IMG/VR virus record: IMGVR_UViG_3300018478_000073
Source of the DNA: an uncultured virus (IMG/VR IMGVR_UViG_3300018478_000073)
Lineage: Duplodnaviria > Heunggongvirae > Uroviricota > Caudoviricetes
Direction: 5' to 3' (one strand)
DNA: 20,000 bases
In this document: one piece after another, positions 18,290 to 20,000 of the stretch
How positions within the stretch are numbered: position 1 is the stretch's first letter
How the letters are laid out: each line of letters opens with the position of its first letter
Program-made: the position numbers and the translations under genes
Notes under the pieces: model-generated
Databases searched by the model: none
Told to the model about the DNA's origin: nothing
Seen by the model: the letters and a program-made list of their open reading frames with translations, nothing else

Positions 18290-19588
18290 ATGAAGAGATG
18301 GATAACATGTTTATTAGTATGTTTAGTGTTATCTTTAAACATATTAGGTACAGTATATGCAGAGCCAAAACCACCAACAACGTCAGAAGGAAATTCTAGT
18401 GGTGGGGGTAGTAGTGAAAAGGAAGATTCATCAGGTGGAAAGTTAAGTAAGGAGGAGCAACAAGCCTTACTTGATAAGATAAATGGCAGTATGAGTAGAA
18501 GCGCAAGTTTAGATAATCTGCTATCAATATATTCCGCATTAAAGTCAAGTGGTATTGATGATGAGCATTGTTCAGCGATGTTAGTAAATGGAATGAGGGA
18601 GTCATCACTAGTACCAGATGCAGGACAAGACGGTGGTGGTGCAATAGGAATATGGCAGTGGGACGGTGGAAGAAGGAATACTCTATCTCAGTTTTCACAG
18701 GAAATGGGAGATACTGCTTACAATATTAAGGGGTACTCAGTAGGAGGTGTTGCAACACAGGTAGCCTTTATGTTAAAGGAACTGAAGGGTGGACAATGGA
18801 TAGAAAATTCACCAAAGGGTTTATATGGAAGTGTAAACTGGGGTACTGCAAGCAGTGGTTCTAATGGTTTCGATTTCAACTCGACAATGACTATAGATGA
18901 GTGGTATGCAAACAAGGATACAGGAGTTTTATCCATTTACTTCACAGCTTGTTTTGAGAGATGTGCGTATGGTATTGACATTTACAATGAAGGAGCTATG
19001 CAGTCAAAAGATATGTACAAGCTATTGACAGGTAGTGAAGTGACTGGGAGTACTAATGAGGAGTTAGATAAAGAGTTAGGTACAGCTCTAGTTAAGTCAG
19101 GTTTATGGTCAGAGGAGCAGTTTGTAAGTTGGAAAGAAATGACAGATTGTGTGTTAGAATTTTCTGATATATCGGAGATGAAGCAAGCTGATATAGCAAA
19201 TGTAGAGTTATGGAAGAAAGATATACAACATAATAATCAAGATACATTTCTAGTAAGATTAGGAAGAAAAACATGTATGCTGTTAGGGATACTATTTGAG
19301 GTATGGATGTTATTCATATATTTGTCCTATTGGTTTGATAGGATAAACAATTTTATTGAGGTAGACCTATTAAAAGTTATGACATTTGGAAGATTACGGA
19401 TATCACCTACAGAGGATGAATGTACATTTAGGGTTATGGATAAAGGTTCGGAGGTAAGGACAGTTAATCACAAGACTATACTTTGTATATGTATAGTAGG
19501 CTTATTCTTTGGAGCTTTCATAATAAGTGGGGGTATGTTCGAGTTGCTAAACAAGCTAGTCACAAAAGTTTTATCCTTTATAGGGTAA
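18290..19588 (+). CDS. Secreted cell-wall hydrolase with phage-tail-lysozyme (Phage_lysozyme2-type) domain and C-terminal TM helices
   Basis: Signal peptide ending VYA; AMLVNGMRESSL.P...Q.GG.AIGIWQWDGGRR..L...Q..FM.KEL...F...FER; two C-terminal hydrophobic segments. Confidence 0.82.
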   Translation: MKRWITCLLVCLVLSLNILGTVYAEPKPPTTSEGNSSGGGSSEKEDSSGGKLSKEEQQALLDKINGSMSRSASLDNLLSIYSALKSSGIDDEHCSAMLVNGMRESSLVPDAGQDGGGAIGIWQWDGGRRNTLSQFSQEMGDTAYNIKGYSVGGVATQVAFMLKELKGGQWIENSPKGLYGSVNWGTASSGSNGFDFNSTMTIDEWYANKDTGVLSIYFTACFERCAYGIDIYNEGAMQSKDMYKLLTGSEVTGSTNEELDKELGTALVKSGLWSEEQFVSWKEMTDCVLEFSDISEMKQADIANVELWKKDIQHNNQDTFLVRLGRKTCMLLGILFEVWMLFIYLSYWFDRINNFIEVDLLKVMTFGRLRISPTEDECTFRVMDKGSEVRTVNHKTILCICIVGLFFGAFIISGGMFELLNKLVTKVLSFIG

Positions 19589-19605
19589 GACATAATTACT
19601 ATAAG

Positions 19606-19652
19606 CAGTGTTTTATGAATACTATTAAAGATATAGTATTTGTAAGATACTG
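19606..19652 (+). other. 20-bp intergenic RNA hairpin
   Basis: CAGTGTTTTATGAATACTAT pairs fully with ATAGTATTTGTAAGATACTG if four G-U pairs are allowed. Confidence 0.7.
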
Positions 19653-19711
19653 GTTAATCATTGCGAAATCTATCGTTAGTACAATTTAGTAAGGAAATGG
19701 AGGTATTGTTT

Positions 19712-20000
19712 TTGAAGTTACAAAAAATCAAAAGATTGTTTGCATTTACTCTAGCAGTGTCGATGGTTACACCGACAGTAGCATATGCAGATAGTGGAGT
19801 CACAGAAAACAAGGGGGTAGTTGATTCTGAGAGTACAGATGGTGGTAATGAAGATGTACCAGAGGTAAGTCCAGATGAACCAGAGGTAAATCCAGATGTA
19901 CCAGGGGTAAATCCAGACGAACCAGAGGTAAAGCCAGATGTACCAGAAGTAAATCCAGATGTTCCAGACAAACCAACAGAGCCAGAGGTAGAACCAGAGA
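19712..20000 (+). CDS. Secreted or surface protein with Pro/Asp/Glu-rich repeats (partial, runs off the window; missing from the ORF track)
   Basis: SD GGAGGT at 19699, TTG 19712; MKLQKIKRLFAFTLAVSMVTPTVAYA signal peptide, then DSGV...DVPEVSPDEPEVNP...; no stop before 20000. Confidence 0.85.
   Translation, partial: MKLQKIKRLFAFTLAVSMVTPTVAYADSGVTENKGVVDSESTDGGNEDVPEVSPDEPEVNPDVPGVNPDEPEVKPDVPEVNPDVPDKPTEPEVEPE
19853..19966 (+). repeat. 21-bp coding tandem repeat, about 5.4 copies, encoding D(V/E)PEVNP
   Basis: Units of GATG(T/A)ACCAGAGGTAAATCCA starting at 19853, 19874, 19895, 19916, 19937 and a partial unit at 19958. Confidence 0.9.

Larger units (their letters stand above)
551..19819 (+). 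repeat. Dispersed strand-polarised motif (A/T)GGGGGTA, 36 copies counted by eye
   Basis: Copies start at 551,1260,1386,2329,2645,3353,4307,4850,5685,6354,6822,7086,7152,7729,8333,9095,9459,9576,10054,10316,11305,11486,12558,13790,14186,14888,14988,15218,16127,16693,17023,17383,18278,18404,19529,19813. Confidence 0.9.

Noticed and set aside
19853..19966. Possible CRISPR array
   Set aside because: Units are contiguous with no unique spacers and keep a coding frame.
19654..19971. Minus-strand ORF with SGTSGFT repeats
   Set aside because: It is the antisense reading of the 21-bp repeat; the + frame has an SD and a signal peptide.
1..20000. Alternative genetic code or stop-codon reassignment
   Set aside because: Standard code 11 gives dense, full-length genes, and TAA, TAG and TGA are all used as stops.

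Overview
AT-rich, densely coded window with every credible gene on the G-rich + strand, Firmicutes-type SD sequences and two sigmaA-type promoters. The gene mix fits a large mobile element (giant plasmid, ICE or large phage) of a low-GC Gram-positive host better than a core chromosome. It includes an HD dNTPase with a YwgA-like partner, a LigA C-terminal-only protein, an orphan N6-adenine methyltransferase, a HolA/delta-like protein, a sigma-like protein, a family-A DNA polymerase with N- and C-terminal extensions, a YhaM-like nuclease, a secreted phage-tail-type lysozyme, a Pro/Asp/Glu-repeat surface protein and many orphans. The most striking unexplained signal is the heptamer GGGGGTA, always preceded by A or T. 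I counted 36 copies by eye, all on the + strand and in all three reading frames, against roughly one expected by chance. Other candidates are a PolA with a possible DnaE-like C-terminal domain near a delta-like gene, long intergenic hairpins, and apparent absence of GATC. All protein calls come from recognising motifs by eye; no searches were run.
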